Below the pieces are notes generated by a model. The model saw only the letters and a program-made list of their open reading frames with translations, was not told the DNA's origin and searched no databases. A stretch of 55,332 bases of DNA from Schmidtea polychroa (Eukaryota): positions 4,278,001-4,333,332 of the forward strand of contig CM097887.1 of NCBI GenBank assembly GCA_044892525.1, read 5' to 3'. Within the stretch, counting starts at the first letter, position 1, and the number at the start of each line of letters is the position of its first letter. A program made the position numbers and the translations under genes. Positions 27,537-37,664 of this stretch are shown here, piece after piece.

Positions 27537-28670
27537 TTATACAGTGGTTTCGATCACACTGAAAGGCTCGAGTCGTAAATCAGTTATAATATGCTGTCTA
27601 TTTTTGCACAGAATGATTGTTATTATTATGAACACCAGAGATAATATGAGAAATGCTGTCAGGATGAGGTATATCAAATATTCACATATAATTAGAGCTT
27701 GATCAGTCTCAATTTGAGTCCGCTTATTTATTACACGATTGTTAACTTGGTATTGTTTTGTAGTAATTGGACCTGCTGTGGTTACATCAGATTTCAGGCC
27801 TGGTACCCTTCTCGTTTCCACCAGAACGGTTTTCCATCGATATGGCTCGAATATCCGTTGTTGATATTTGATTTTTATCAGGTAATCATATTCTAAATTA
27901 GAACTAATTAATGAAAAATAGCTTTTACCGGCATCCAACAAAACGATAATTTTTTTTTCATTACTGATAATCACTCTTTCGTCATCTGGGGATTTCGATA
28001 AATTGTTATTGACCCGTTTTGAACTCCAAGAATCACACGATTCGATACATTCTTAAGGGGAATTATTTGATTCTCTGTTTGAAACAATGTCCATTTATTT
28101 TTCATTATTGTGCCATTATCATACATCGCATTTTCGTAGTAATTAACCGTTATTGTATAATTTGAGTTCATTTTGAGATTGTAATACCGAGTGTAAGCCT
28201 TTCGCATGTTTAGAATATCCACAAAATTTTGAAATATGACCTGCACCTTTACTCTTTCTACGGCTACCCAATACACATCTATACCATTCATTATCGGCTC
28301 AATTTCCACGGTATTCCATAATTCGTTAGTTTGTATTATAATTCGAATTTGACTATTAAACTTTTCAAGCGAATCTGATTCATTCTGCTTTATGATCCAT
28401 GGATACTTGAAGTTAACTTTTAATTCTCGTGCCGCATACGTATTTCTGTCATAATTCAAAATAATGAAAGGTGTGAACGGGTCTAACACGTTGCTAATTT
28501 CTATTTGCTCCATTATTTCGCACTGATAAGTCCAAACAATATTTGTAAACGTGGAATAAATATCGATCTTGTCCCATAAGGGTATTTTTGTTATCGCATA
28601 TGGTAAATCCATTCTCATCCCTTTTACCCTTGTCATCATCATTAGCACGACTGTTGTGAATAGCACTCTG
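27537..28670 (-). CDS. Second type I membrane (env-position) protein fused to the integrase C-terminus
   Basis: Hydrophobic signal VLFTTVVLMMM, ectodomain with sequons NES, NYT, NGT, NVS and NGS, one -1 shift near 27990, ~30-aa TM LIICEYLIYLILTAFLILSLVFIIITIILC and a 22-aa tail. Confidence 0.7.
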
Positions 28671-28789
28671 TTAAGATAACTGATTGGAACTGGATTTTTG
28701 GTGAATTTTTGTTGAATTTTTGTATCCGCCTTCTCTTCATTTCGTTTCGATCGTAATGGATATCTTTCTTCGTCATTTTCCGGGACCAA

Positions 28790-30190
28790 TTTACAACGAT
28801 TGGCATGAACTATTATAGGATTTGCCTTTTTACTCCTAAACGGTAATAACTTCAAATTTGTTTCGGTTGTATCACACACTTTATATGGCCCTTTAAATGG
28901 TCTCTGTAACTTTGGAGACATACCTTTGAGTGGTTCTGGTCTGTTAAGATACACTAAATCTCCAATTTTTATTCCATGAGGTCGTGTTTTCTTATCGTAG
29001 GCTTCTTTGTACTTCTCTTGATTATGTTTTATTGTTAATCCGGCTTTTGTCCAAACCGACTGTACCCTCTCTTGCATTATCGCATTATACTCGGGTACTT
29101 CCATATATTGAGTAACGGGTGATTGGAAGTTTAGATCTATCGGCATGTTGTTTCGTCTTAAGTACATTAAATAAAACGGTGTCTCTCCCGTACTTGGGTT
29201 GACAGCATTTCTATATGCAAACAAACAAGGCTTTATGTAGTCGTCCCAATCTCTCTGTTTGCTATTTACATACGACGAAATCATATTTATCAATGTGCCA
29301 TTAAATCTCTCGACTAAACCATCGGTTTGTGGATGGTAGGGCGAAGTATTCAACTTCCAGATTCCGAATAACTCGGTGATTGATTTAAATAATTCGCTTT
29401 GGAAATTTTTACCTTGATCAGTTAATAACTTTTTTGGGGTACCATATCGGAAAATAATGTTCTCTACAAATATTTTTGCTACTGTATCAGCCTTTTGATT
29501 TGGTATGGCGTAAGCTTCCGGCCATCTTGTCAAATAATCACAAAATACTACGATGCATTTATTTCCTTTTATTGTTTCAGGTAACGGCCCAACAATGTCC
29601 ATTGCAGTCATCTCCATTGGTGCGGTTGGAACAGACATTGGTTTTAAAGGTACTTTAATTTTATTGCCTGTATTTCTTCGAGTTATACATATCTTACAAT
29701 TTTTGCACCAATCTTTTACGTCTTTTTCCATCATTGGCCAATAGTACTTCATTTTCAGTCTTGATAAGGTTTTTCTAGCGGACAAGTGTCCTCCTAGGGC
29801 TCCATCATGATATTGCATCAACAGTGAATCTCTCTGTTTTTCAGGGATCATAATCAATATCTCGTCGTTTTTCACGCATTTTAATATTCCCTCGTGAATT
29901 ATGTATTTATGATTTTCACTCATTACCTGTTTTAAATCTTTCTCCTTTCTGACCGTGATTGCTTGTTCAAAGAAATGTTTAAGTCGGTTATCCTTTTTCT
30001 GTTCGTTTTGTAATTCAGTCACATTATTAACGGCTTTGATTGCTGCAAATATTGTGCCTTCCACTTTTTCTGTACCAGTATCCTCTCCACTAAGCCCATT
30101 GGGAATTCTTGACATTGCATCGGCATTTGCATTCGCTTTTCCTGCTCTATATTTTATTTCGAAATCATACTCTTGGGAGCAATTGACCAT
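28790..30190 (-). CDS. End of RNase H plus integrase (HHCC, DDE core, GPY/F)
   Basis: QEYDFEIKYRAGKANANADAMSR, HDGALGGH..YYWP..CKNC..C, MDIVGPLP, TDQGKNF, YHPQTDGLVERFN, FKGPYKV. Confidence 0.97.
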
Positions 30191-32160
30191 CTGATTAATT
30201 TACTAGTTGAATCTCTATGCTTCATTAACCACTGAAGGGGGTTGTGATCAGTATATACAACGAATTTTCGTCCCAGCAAATATTGTCTAAACGTAGCAAT
30301 GCCGTAAACTAGCGCTAATGTCTCTTTTTCGATTGTCGAATAATTTTTTTCATGTGACCTTAAAGATCTGCTTGCATACGCTATTACGTGATCCTTTTCA
30401 CCGTCCACTTGCTGACCTAACACCGCTCCCAATGCCACGTTACTGGCATCGGTCATTAATAGGAAAGATTTCGTAAAATCTGGGCATCGCAAAATAGGTG
30501 CCATTACTAATTTCTGCTTTAACGTGTCAAAAGCTGATTGTTGGGTTTTGCTCCATGTAAACTTATTATTTTTCTTTAACAGCGAATTTAATGGCTGAGC
30601 GATATGCGAGAAATTCTTTATAAACTTTCTATAATAGCTTGCTAATCCCAGAAATTGCCTCACCTCGCCCGCGTTCTTTGGAATTGGATACGCTTCCACC
30701 TTTTTAATATTGTCCGGATTAGTTTGCAGACCTCTTCTTGATATAATATGACCAACATATATTACTTCAGATTTTCCCCATTCACATTTTGATGGTTTTA
30801 TTTTCAATTTTGCGCTTTTAAGTCGCTTAAATACTGTTTCCACATCATCGAGATGCTCGTCAAAGCTATTCGAAAAAATAATTATATCATCAATATAAAC
30901 TAGCGCATGTCTGATGCCTCTCAACACAAAATTCATACCTCTTTGGAATGTAGCTGGGGCTCCCGTTAAGCCAAACGGCAAGACATTGAACTCATATAAG
31001 CCTTTACCATCGGAAAATGCCGTTTTCCTTCTATCTTCTTTTTTTACTTTAAATTGATTATAGCCTTTGTTCAAATCGATGACCGTAAAATACTGGGCTT
31101 CTCCCATCTGATCAAACATTTCTTGAGGTACGGGAATTGGATAAGTATCCTTTCTTGTTACTTGATTCAGTTTTCTATAATCAACACAAAACCTTAAATC
31201 TCCGTCCTTTTTCTTGAATATTACAATAGACGAAGAAAATGGTGAGGAGCTGTCTCTGATTATCCCAAACTCTTTCATCGCCCTGATTTGTCGATCACTC
31301 TCGGTTTGATGGATGTAAGGGATTCTGTACGGTTTTATTTTAACCGGAGTTTCATCCAGCAACGGGATTTCGTGCTCTATTATATTTGTTAGCCCCAAGT
31401 CGTATTCATGTTTCGCAAAAATATCTCGATATCTCCTCAACAATTTTGTAAATTCCTGTTTTTGTTTTTCGGTCAGGTCCTTGTTCACAACTTCGGGTTC
31501 CTTATAAATTTTTACGTTTCTGGGAATTTTCTTTTCTGTTTCTACCGACATGTGAGACAGTTTTCCCAATCTTGTCTGTGGCTTTAATCGTATTGATTTA
31601 TCACCATAATTCGCTATTCGCACTGGTAGCAATTGGTTTTCCACTTTCACGATTTCATCGCACATTGGGGTCTCGTATTTTTCAATTAACGTTTGACTGG
31701 GTTCGAATATGAATTCATCATTATCGACACTAGTCGCGCTAGCATAATATACCACTTCTGTTTGAGGTGGGATAGTTAATGATTGGTTTAGAAACACTTC
31801 TCCTGAATTACGAATGACTTCACCTATTTTCCCCACTATCAGGTTTCCAGTTTTGAAATCAAGTGAGATTCCGTCTAATTGTTCTAATACATCCATTCCA
31901 ATCAAGCACAATACAGGACTTTTCTCCATAATTTGCACATTATGTCTAATTCTTCTATCACCGATTATCAGTTCAACTTCGATTTCTCCGATTACTGGCA
32001 ACACATTTCTGGATAACGATCTGATTACACTATCGGATGGTTGGATTCGTTTTTTCTCTTCCATCGACAGTATTTCTTCTGATATAATTGTATGACTCGA
32101 TCCAGAATCCACCACGGCTTCAACTCTGTTTTTGTTTATTTGAATTACTATTCGTGGTTG
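30154..32160 (-). CDS. pol: Aspartic protease, reverse transcriptase and RNase H
   Basis: VVDSGSS; PVKIKPYR, RFCVDYRKLN, IDLNKGYNQ, PFGLTGAPATFQ, YIDD; TDASNVALGAVL, EKETLA, TDHNPL. A 1-nt deletion at ~30178 (WSIA/LQEYDF). Confidence 0.98.
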   Translation of the reverse strand, partial: QPRIVIQINKNRVEAVVDSGSSHTIISEEILSMEEKKRIQPSDSVIRSLSRNVLPVIGEIEVELIIGDRRIRHNVQIMEKSPVLCLIGMDVLEQLDGISLDFKTGNLIVGKIGEVIRNSGEVFLNQSLTIPPQTEVVYYASATSVDNDEFIFEPSQTLIEKYETPMCDEIVKVENQLLPVRIANYGDKSIRLKPQTRLGKLSHMSVETEKKIPRNVKIYKEPEVVNKDLTEKQKQEFTKLLRRYRDIFAKHEYDLGLTNIIEHEIPLLDETPVKIKPYRIPYIHQTESDRQIRAMKEFGIIRDSSSPFSSSIVIFKKKDGDLRFCVDYRKLNQVTRKDTYPIPVPQEMFDQMGEAQYFTVIDLNKGYNQFKVKKEDRRKTAFSDGKGLYEFNVLPFGLTGAPATFQRGMNFVLRGIRHALVYIDDIIIFSNSFDEHLDDVETVFKRLKSAKLKIKPSKCEWGKSEVIYVGHIISRRGLQTNPDNIKKVEAYPIPKNAGEVRQFLGLASYYRKFIKNFSHIAQPLNSLLKKNNKFTWSKTQQSAFDTLKQKLVMAPILRCPDFTKSFLLMTDASNVALGAVLGQQVDGEKDHVIAYASRSLRSHEKNYSTIEKETLALVYGIATFRQYLLGRKFVVYTDHNPLQWLMKHRDSTSKLIRWSIAPKSMISK

Positions 32161-32584
32161 TTTACCAATTTTCGCTAACGCCATTAGTACGTAATTACCA
32201 GGTAAGCCTAACCTATTTCTTCTTTCAATTTCTGCGCTCGTTGGATCGATTCTCTCACACTGTAGTGCAATGTTCTCAACTGGCTTCATTTCTATCAATT
32301 TATCTACCGGATATGCTGGTAGTGGTTGTATAAATGATTTTGGTATGCATAATCTAGTGAATGTATCCTGGTTGCCATCATTAGAAAATGATTCTTTTAT
32401 TAGTTGATAATTTTTCCATGTATCGGCTTGATTCCGTTCCTCCTCGTATGACGGTGCCGATTCCCCGATTTTCTCGTTGTCACTTTTGTCCTCATTAGAA
32501 GTAGTGGTTACATCAATATAACTTACCTTTCTCTTTTTCGTTAATCGTGCTTTCAACGTTTCCAACTCTCGATATTGATGATGT

Positions 32585-34439
32585 GTTATAAAAAATCTGG
32601 CTAACAATGGTATACATCCAATAACCAACTTCCACGACAGACCTGTAATAGTGTATAATCTGTGTGTTGATAACACCTGCGAAACTATTACTTTAATCAT
32701 GATTCCGATCACATATATTCCGATTAATCCCGCGCAGGCTTGCCCGATAAACATAAATTTTCCCCAAATCTTTTTCATCGTATTATACGTCGCCTTTTTG
32801 TAATGATCCACTGTTAATAAATAGTCGTAATTCACTTTTCCAGTTCCACTCGGGAGAATAGTGTCTACTATTTCCGTTATTACCCTTTCCTTTTTCGAGG
32901 GGAATAATAAGTTTCTGCGTGCTGCTTCAATATCATCACTTGAATACATTCCACTTTGAGTCATGCTGTCTAGCGATGTAAAGTTAATTAGATATTCTAA
33001 TTTTGTCAACTCCAATTTTTCTGGGACTTTCACCCACCTATGATCAGGTAGTGCAATCCATGATTCGGGCGTCAGGCGGTATAGTGGAGCCAATAATCTG
33101 TTGCACTGCAACACTCTCGGTTTCGCGTCCTCCTCCAATAAAATTCGTGTCACCGGCTCCATGAATCGTAGCTTCCCATTAACATTCACAGGCAGTTCAT
33201 TTGTGCATTGATTGTATTTCATCAATTTAATAGGTACTGCCTTGCATTTATAACTATATAAGGCTTCACCAAGCATTCGAGCGAATACTCCATTCTCCGA
33301 AATCAACATTGGAGCAACTAGATTCGGGTTCGTGATAGCCATCGCCATTCTGTTTCGCAGGATTTCTTTGTTTAACTTGCAATCATTTAGTATGATTTCC
33401 CTGTACACACTTTCAATTGTATCTTGGCTAAAATGAAATAAATAGTCAATCTTATTATTGAAATAGTTCGTTAGTTTAATTTCCTCTGCGTACAATTTTG
33501 TTTGAGCTTCTTCGACAACTTTCTTGGATAAATAAATTCCTTTATAATTGGTCTCATAAACAGTTTGTCCACACTTCGTATTTACGCTCTTCCTTAAGAA
33601 TCTCATCCCATCGTTTGGGGACATTGCCATTAAAACCGTTGGCGTTTTCTTCAAGCGTATCGGTGTGATTCTAAGTGTCATATTCATGACTGAGTTTAGC
33701 ACTGTGCTTTCTGGTCTCTCTTGGATCTGCTCTCCCGTTATCTCTTTAAAAGGCATTGATTTTAAATGTGCTAAATTGCATTTTTTGGTATCAACTTCAT
33801 ATACCAGAATTGACTCACCTGTGTTGCAGCTTTCTCCCTCATGTTACAAAATGGATGGGTTTGCAATTTTCCCGTATCGTCATCGAATGATCCATCAAAA
33901 TACCTTAATTCGGTTTCATATTCTTCTATCACGACGGTTTTATCAATGACTGTTTGTCCTACTTTATACGCTTCACCCTCGCAATCGCCATTTGCCTTGA
34001 TTATCCCCTTAACTGCTATAGTTTCACGAATTTTATAGTTTAATTTAGCCTTCAAATTAATTTCTGAATTTATTTTCAGCTCTCCTGTTTGGAACGCTGC
34101 CAAACAGTTTTCCCGTGTCACCTCTATTACTCTTGGAATTGAGTGCATTTTGATTAATGACGAATGGCTCCATTTGCCACAGTAGAATATAAACGTAGTT
34201 CTTTTTGCTGTGCATTCTCTCACTTTCACTCGTCTAAATCCCGCTTCTTGGTATACGTGGTATGTCACTTCATTTGCCCATTTTAAGTTCCTCGGATATG
34301 CGTCTGGACACTCTGCTACATCTACTAGCGAATATACTTTTCCCATTTCTGTCTGGGAGCAATCGTACGCTACCAAGGACGTTGTGGTATTAATAACTCC
34401 TAAAATCACCAAAATAGACATGGTTAGCCATGGAAACAT
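32585..34439 (-). CDS. Chuvirus-like (class III, gB-related) fusion glycoprotein embedded in the polyprotein
   Basis: Signal-like segment, then AYDC..SLVDVAEC, FYCGKWSH, CLAAFQTG, CGQTVYET, YFNNKIDY..CKL, GEALY..KC, CTNELPV..FMEPVTRIL, SGMYS..LLFP, and TM region WGKFMFIG..GLIGIY. Split by a -1 shift between ~33830 and 33775. Confidence 0.88.
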
Positions 34440-34489
34440 TATTTTCCCTCTTTTCGGCTCATAATTTCTTCCAGTTGTCGCAGTCTCCG

Positions 34490-34865
34490 ACTTTTGCACC
34501 AAGTTTTCCCATCCTCCATTACGCATAATCCAACCCGTCACATATGTATTCGCCACTTCGGTGGCTTTTACTATCTATTTTTCCGATTTATCGCATTCCA
34601 AGCATCCATATACGCCAATTTCTAGAACAATATAAGCAAGGACTGTTAGTACCACGTCTCTGTTCAAACCGTTCCTGATTAATCTCTTGACTACTGTTTC
34701 ATCGCAAAATACCCTCTCTATGGTATTATCCTTTAGTACTACTGGAAGCCGACTTTTTAATACCGCTGCAAGCTGATGTATGAGTTCATCGTCACAACTA
34801 TTTCCTTCTTCCAGTGCATATAATTCTGTTACTAACCCTTTCAAAATTGATTCTGTTTGAGACAT
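34490..34865 (-). CDS. Bcl-2-like domain spanning an in-frame TAG
   Basis: BH1-like ETVVKRLIRNGLNRDVVLTVLAY and BH2 WIMRNGGWENLV are in the same frame, separated by TAG 34575-34577; a hydrophobic anchor follows ~18 aa after BH2. Confidence 0.68.
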
Positions 34866-36347
34866 ATTATTCAGATCCGTTTTTTCAACCACATTGGAAT
34901 CTATTCGATCGTTCTCTTCGTTTCCACCCATTAATTCGATTTTACACCGCTTTCGACCATTCAATTTACTTTCCGCTTCTACAAAATTCGACTCACTTTT
35001 CACTCTTTCACTCACTAGTAGCTCGTCGGTTATATGGTTAGTTTCCTGATTTACTGAATCATTTTCGTCCACCTCCTCACTCGTAATTTCGTCTTGCTCG
35101 TCATTTATGCCTTCATCTTTTGGGTCATGCTCTTCTAACTCGTAGTCGTTAGGTTCTTCAGCCAATTCCTTTTTAATTTCCATGTCATCATCCTTCGTAT
35201 CCTTTGTAATTCTCGGCCAGTGGGTTATTATACTCTCGGATACCTCCCTCACCTGTTTCTTGGCTTCGATATTATTTATATAATTCGGACTGCACCCACA
35301 ATTGATTAAGTATTCATCGTCATCTAACTCAACTCCCTTGAAAGTTAGTATAACAATTCCATCATTACCCAACATTTCCACCGCTTTCCGTCGTACTTTC
35401 GACACCTTCATGCTCCAGTGTTCTTGTAAGTACTCCACTTTCCCATTCATATTTAAGGCTATTACCAATGATCTGGGTATCTCATCTGACTCTCGGTGCT
35501 CACGGCCCATTTTTCGTACTATTTCTTTCAATTTCGCCTGATAGTTCGTCGTTTTATGAATATACGGTAAAATACTCTCGAATAATTGTTCCTTCGCTTT
35601 TTGATCCATCTCCGAACTTATCATTCGTTCCGGACAATTACTAATTTCGTCTTCATCTCCAATATACAGACTATCCCGTAAATCCTGTAATTTTTCCTCC
35701 CATCCTTTAAAGTCTGAATTTGAATGATTAATTACATTGAATATCTTTACCTCATTTTTATATCCAGGAATCAGCCCACAATCGACCAAATATTCTCCAT
35801 CCGCCAATTGACCCATCGACCGTTTTTTGAAATTTATTTGCACTTCATTTGCTTTATATTTCGACATAATGAGCTCCCTCAAATCCTTTATTTGCCCGCT
35901 AGGTTTAATCGTAAATTGAAAGTTTCTGCCATTTCCGTCTGTAGTTTCTACGAATATGTCGGTCAAGCTCTCTGTGGATCTCAGTGCTTTTCCCAATGTC
36001 TTTATTAGTTTTGCAATTTCATCGTCTTGGTATTTATTGTAAACTTTGACACACATGTTTAAAATAATTTTCAATTTTCTTTGGCTAAGTTGGATTTGAG
36101 TTAGTTCGGTAATCCACTCTTTCAATCTCGGAAGGTCTGTTTTCATTCCGGTATACCATCTTTCTATTTTCTTTATCAACAGAACAGCCTTTTCATTTGA
36201 TAGATCATTTTTTGCTTTATCACTAAGATTTCCGCCCGCATCGGCCTCTTTTTCGTACACCATACACGAATCTGCTTCCTCATCTGATTCGAACTTTGAC
36301 ATAAGCTTGTTTAATTTCTGTCTCATTTCCCGAAATTCATTTTCCAT
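34575..36347 (-). CDS. Accessory polyprotein segment: helical N-terminus, two ubiquitin-like domains, acidic linker, start of Bcl-2-like domain
   Basis: In frame with gag. UBL1 IFVETTDG..IKPSGQIKDLR..QLADGEYLVDCGL; UBL2 ..LTFKGVELDDDEYLINCG. Confidence 0.75.
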   Translation of the reverse strand: MENEFREMRQKLNKLMSKFESDEEADSCMVYEKEADAGGNLSDKAKNDLSNEKAVLLIKKIERWYTGMKTDLPRLKEWITELTQIQLSQRKLKIILNMCVKVYNKYQDDEIAKLIKTLGKALRSTESLTDIFVETTDGNGRNFQFTIKPSGQIKDLRELIMSKYKANEVQINFKKRSMGQLADGEYLVDCGLIPGYKNEVKIFNVINHSNSDFKGWEEKLQDLRDSLYIGDEDEISNCPERMISSEMDQKAKEQLFESILPYIHKTTNYQAKLKEIVRKMGREHRESDEIPRSLVIALNMNGKVEYLQEHWSMKVSKVRRKAVEMLGNDGIVILTFKGVELDDDEYLINCGCSPNYINNIEAKKQVREVSESIITHWPRITKDTKDDDMEIKKELAEEPNDYELEEHDPKDEGINDEQDEITSEEVDENDSVNQETNHITDELLVSERVKSESNFVEAESKLNGRKRCKIELMGGNEENDRIDSNVVEKTDLNNMSQTESILKGLVTELYALEEGNSCDDELIHQLAAVLKSRLPVVLKDNTIERVFCDETVVKRLIRNGLNRDVVLTVLAYIVLEIGVYGCLECDKSEK

Positions 36348-36362
36348 TTTCTCTTTAAACTC

Positions 36363-37478
36363 CTACTTTTGAGCATATGCAACATTAGTATTTGCTGATT
36401 CATCTTGAAATCTAATAGATTTCCTCAATATTGGTCGGCTAAATCTTTCTGAGTTTCGGGGGCATGATCGAGCCATGTGGCCATAACCTTTGCATGAATG
36501 ACATTGAATTTGTCCATTAGTGTTCACTTTATCTCGTTGGGGCGACGGGGATCTTGATGGTGATGGGGTACCTGAAAAACAATTCCTGCTTATGTGGCCC
36601 ATTTTCCCACATCTATAGCATTTCAAGTCATTAATAATTGGCTTACTTTCTACAAACTTTCTTCTGGGGCTGGGGTCTCTTCCATATTTAAACCAGCATT
36701 GATTTGAATAGTGTCCCACTTTCTTGCAGTGATCGCATACTATGCTGTTAGATCTCGCAGCCACCTGACTCCCAAACGCTGCTTTATTAATTTCGACTTT
36801 ATTACTTGGTCTTGGCGAACTGATTGTTTGGGTTGGTTTCTTTGATACCCATTGTTCTCGAACTGGAGTTACCGACCTTTCTCTTTTATCGGCATTTGCA
36901 GCAAATACTTCGGATTTTCTGGTACTTTTCAAGTTCAATTCAATTTTCATGGCTTTTTTCACAAGTTCATCAAAATTCGAGAAATCCACGTAGCATAGGG
37001 CTTTTTTAATTTCAGGAAGGGCTCCATTTATAAATTGATCTTGAAGCAGTTCTCTGACTTGTTTTACCATCTCAACTTGTTCAGGCTTTGCTTCGAAGGC
37101 TTTGTCTGCTAAAGTCGTTAAATGGTATGCAAATTCACTTACCGATTCATTTGGATTTTGTACTCTGGCATAAAATTTTTGGCGCATTATTCTTTTTATA
37201 TCGCCTCCCACCAATTTCATTGCCATCGCATCCTTGAGTTTGGCCCAATCATTTCCAATTGTCTTTTTATCCACTTGCTGCCAAGCTTCTCTTGCGGCTC
37301 CTTTTAAATAGAGTGGGAATCTTTGTACCATTATGGCCTGTGACCACCCATAGGCCGAAGCGTACATATAATAATCGCCCATGAAATCGGCAAAATCAAC
37401 CGGGTCTCCTCCATACTGATTCACCGGTAATTTTTGACAACTGGCAAAATCTATCATCTCAGCGTTCTCTCTGGCCAT
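36363..37478 (-). CDS. gag: Gag with three CCHC zinc knuckles
   Basis: Retrotransposon-gag features (LKGAAREAW, R.QNPNESVSEF, QFINGA) and CDHCKKVGHYSNQC, CYRCGKMGHISRNC, CHSCKGYGHMARSC. First ATG at 37478; frame open from 37514. Confidence 0.95.
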   Translation of the reverse strand: MARENAEMIDFASCQKLPVNQYGGDPVDFADFMGDYYMYASAYGWSQAIMVQRFPLYLKGAAREAWQQVDKKTIGNDWAKLKDAMAMKLVGGDIKRIMRQKFYARVQNPNESVSEFAYHLTTLADKAFEAKPEQVEMVKQVRELLQDQFINGALPEIKKALCYVDFSNFDELVKKAMKIELNLKSTRKSEVFAANADKRERSVTPVREQWVSKKPTQTISSPRPSNKVEINKAAFGSQVAARSNSIVCDHCKKVGHYSNQCWFKYGRDPSPRRKFVESKPIINDLKCYRCGKMGHISRNCFSGTPSPSRSPSPQRDKVNTNGQIQCHSCKGYGHMARSCPRNSERFSRPILRKSIRFQDESANTNVAYAQK

Positions 37479-37639
37479 CTTTACTTTTCGGTTCCTCAAA
37501 TTGTATTCACTCACGGCTAAATATTAAAATTAATAATCAATAATTACTACCTCTTCCAATTTCCAATTATTTTCAATTTTCTTATTACTTTAATTTTTTT
37601 CACCTCTTTCACCCTTCAATATTCGCCCACCAACGTTTA

Positions 37640-37657
37640 ATCACATCGGGCTCACCA
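37640..37657 (-). promoter_or_regulatory. Primer binding site, tRNA-Trp-like
   Basis: TGGTGAGCCCGATGTGAT(T) versus the vertebrate tRNA-Trp PBS TGGTGACCCCGACGTGAT(T), recalled from memory; 7 nt from the 5' LTR. Confidence 0.75.
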
Positions 37658-37664
37658 AAATATA

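Noticed and set aside
27699-37307. Plus-strand short ORFs overlapping gag, pol and the glycoprotein
   Set aside because: Antisense shadows of strongly coding minus-strand frames, with no motifs.
37517-37600. Intron in the gag leader
   Set aside because: GT and AG candidates exist, but there is no upstream ATG and no way to choose among donors.
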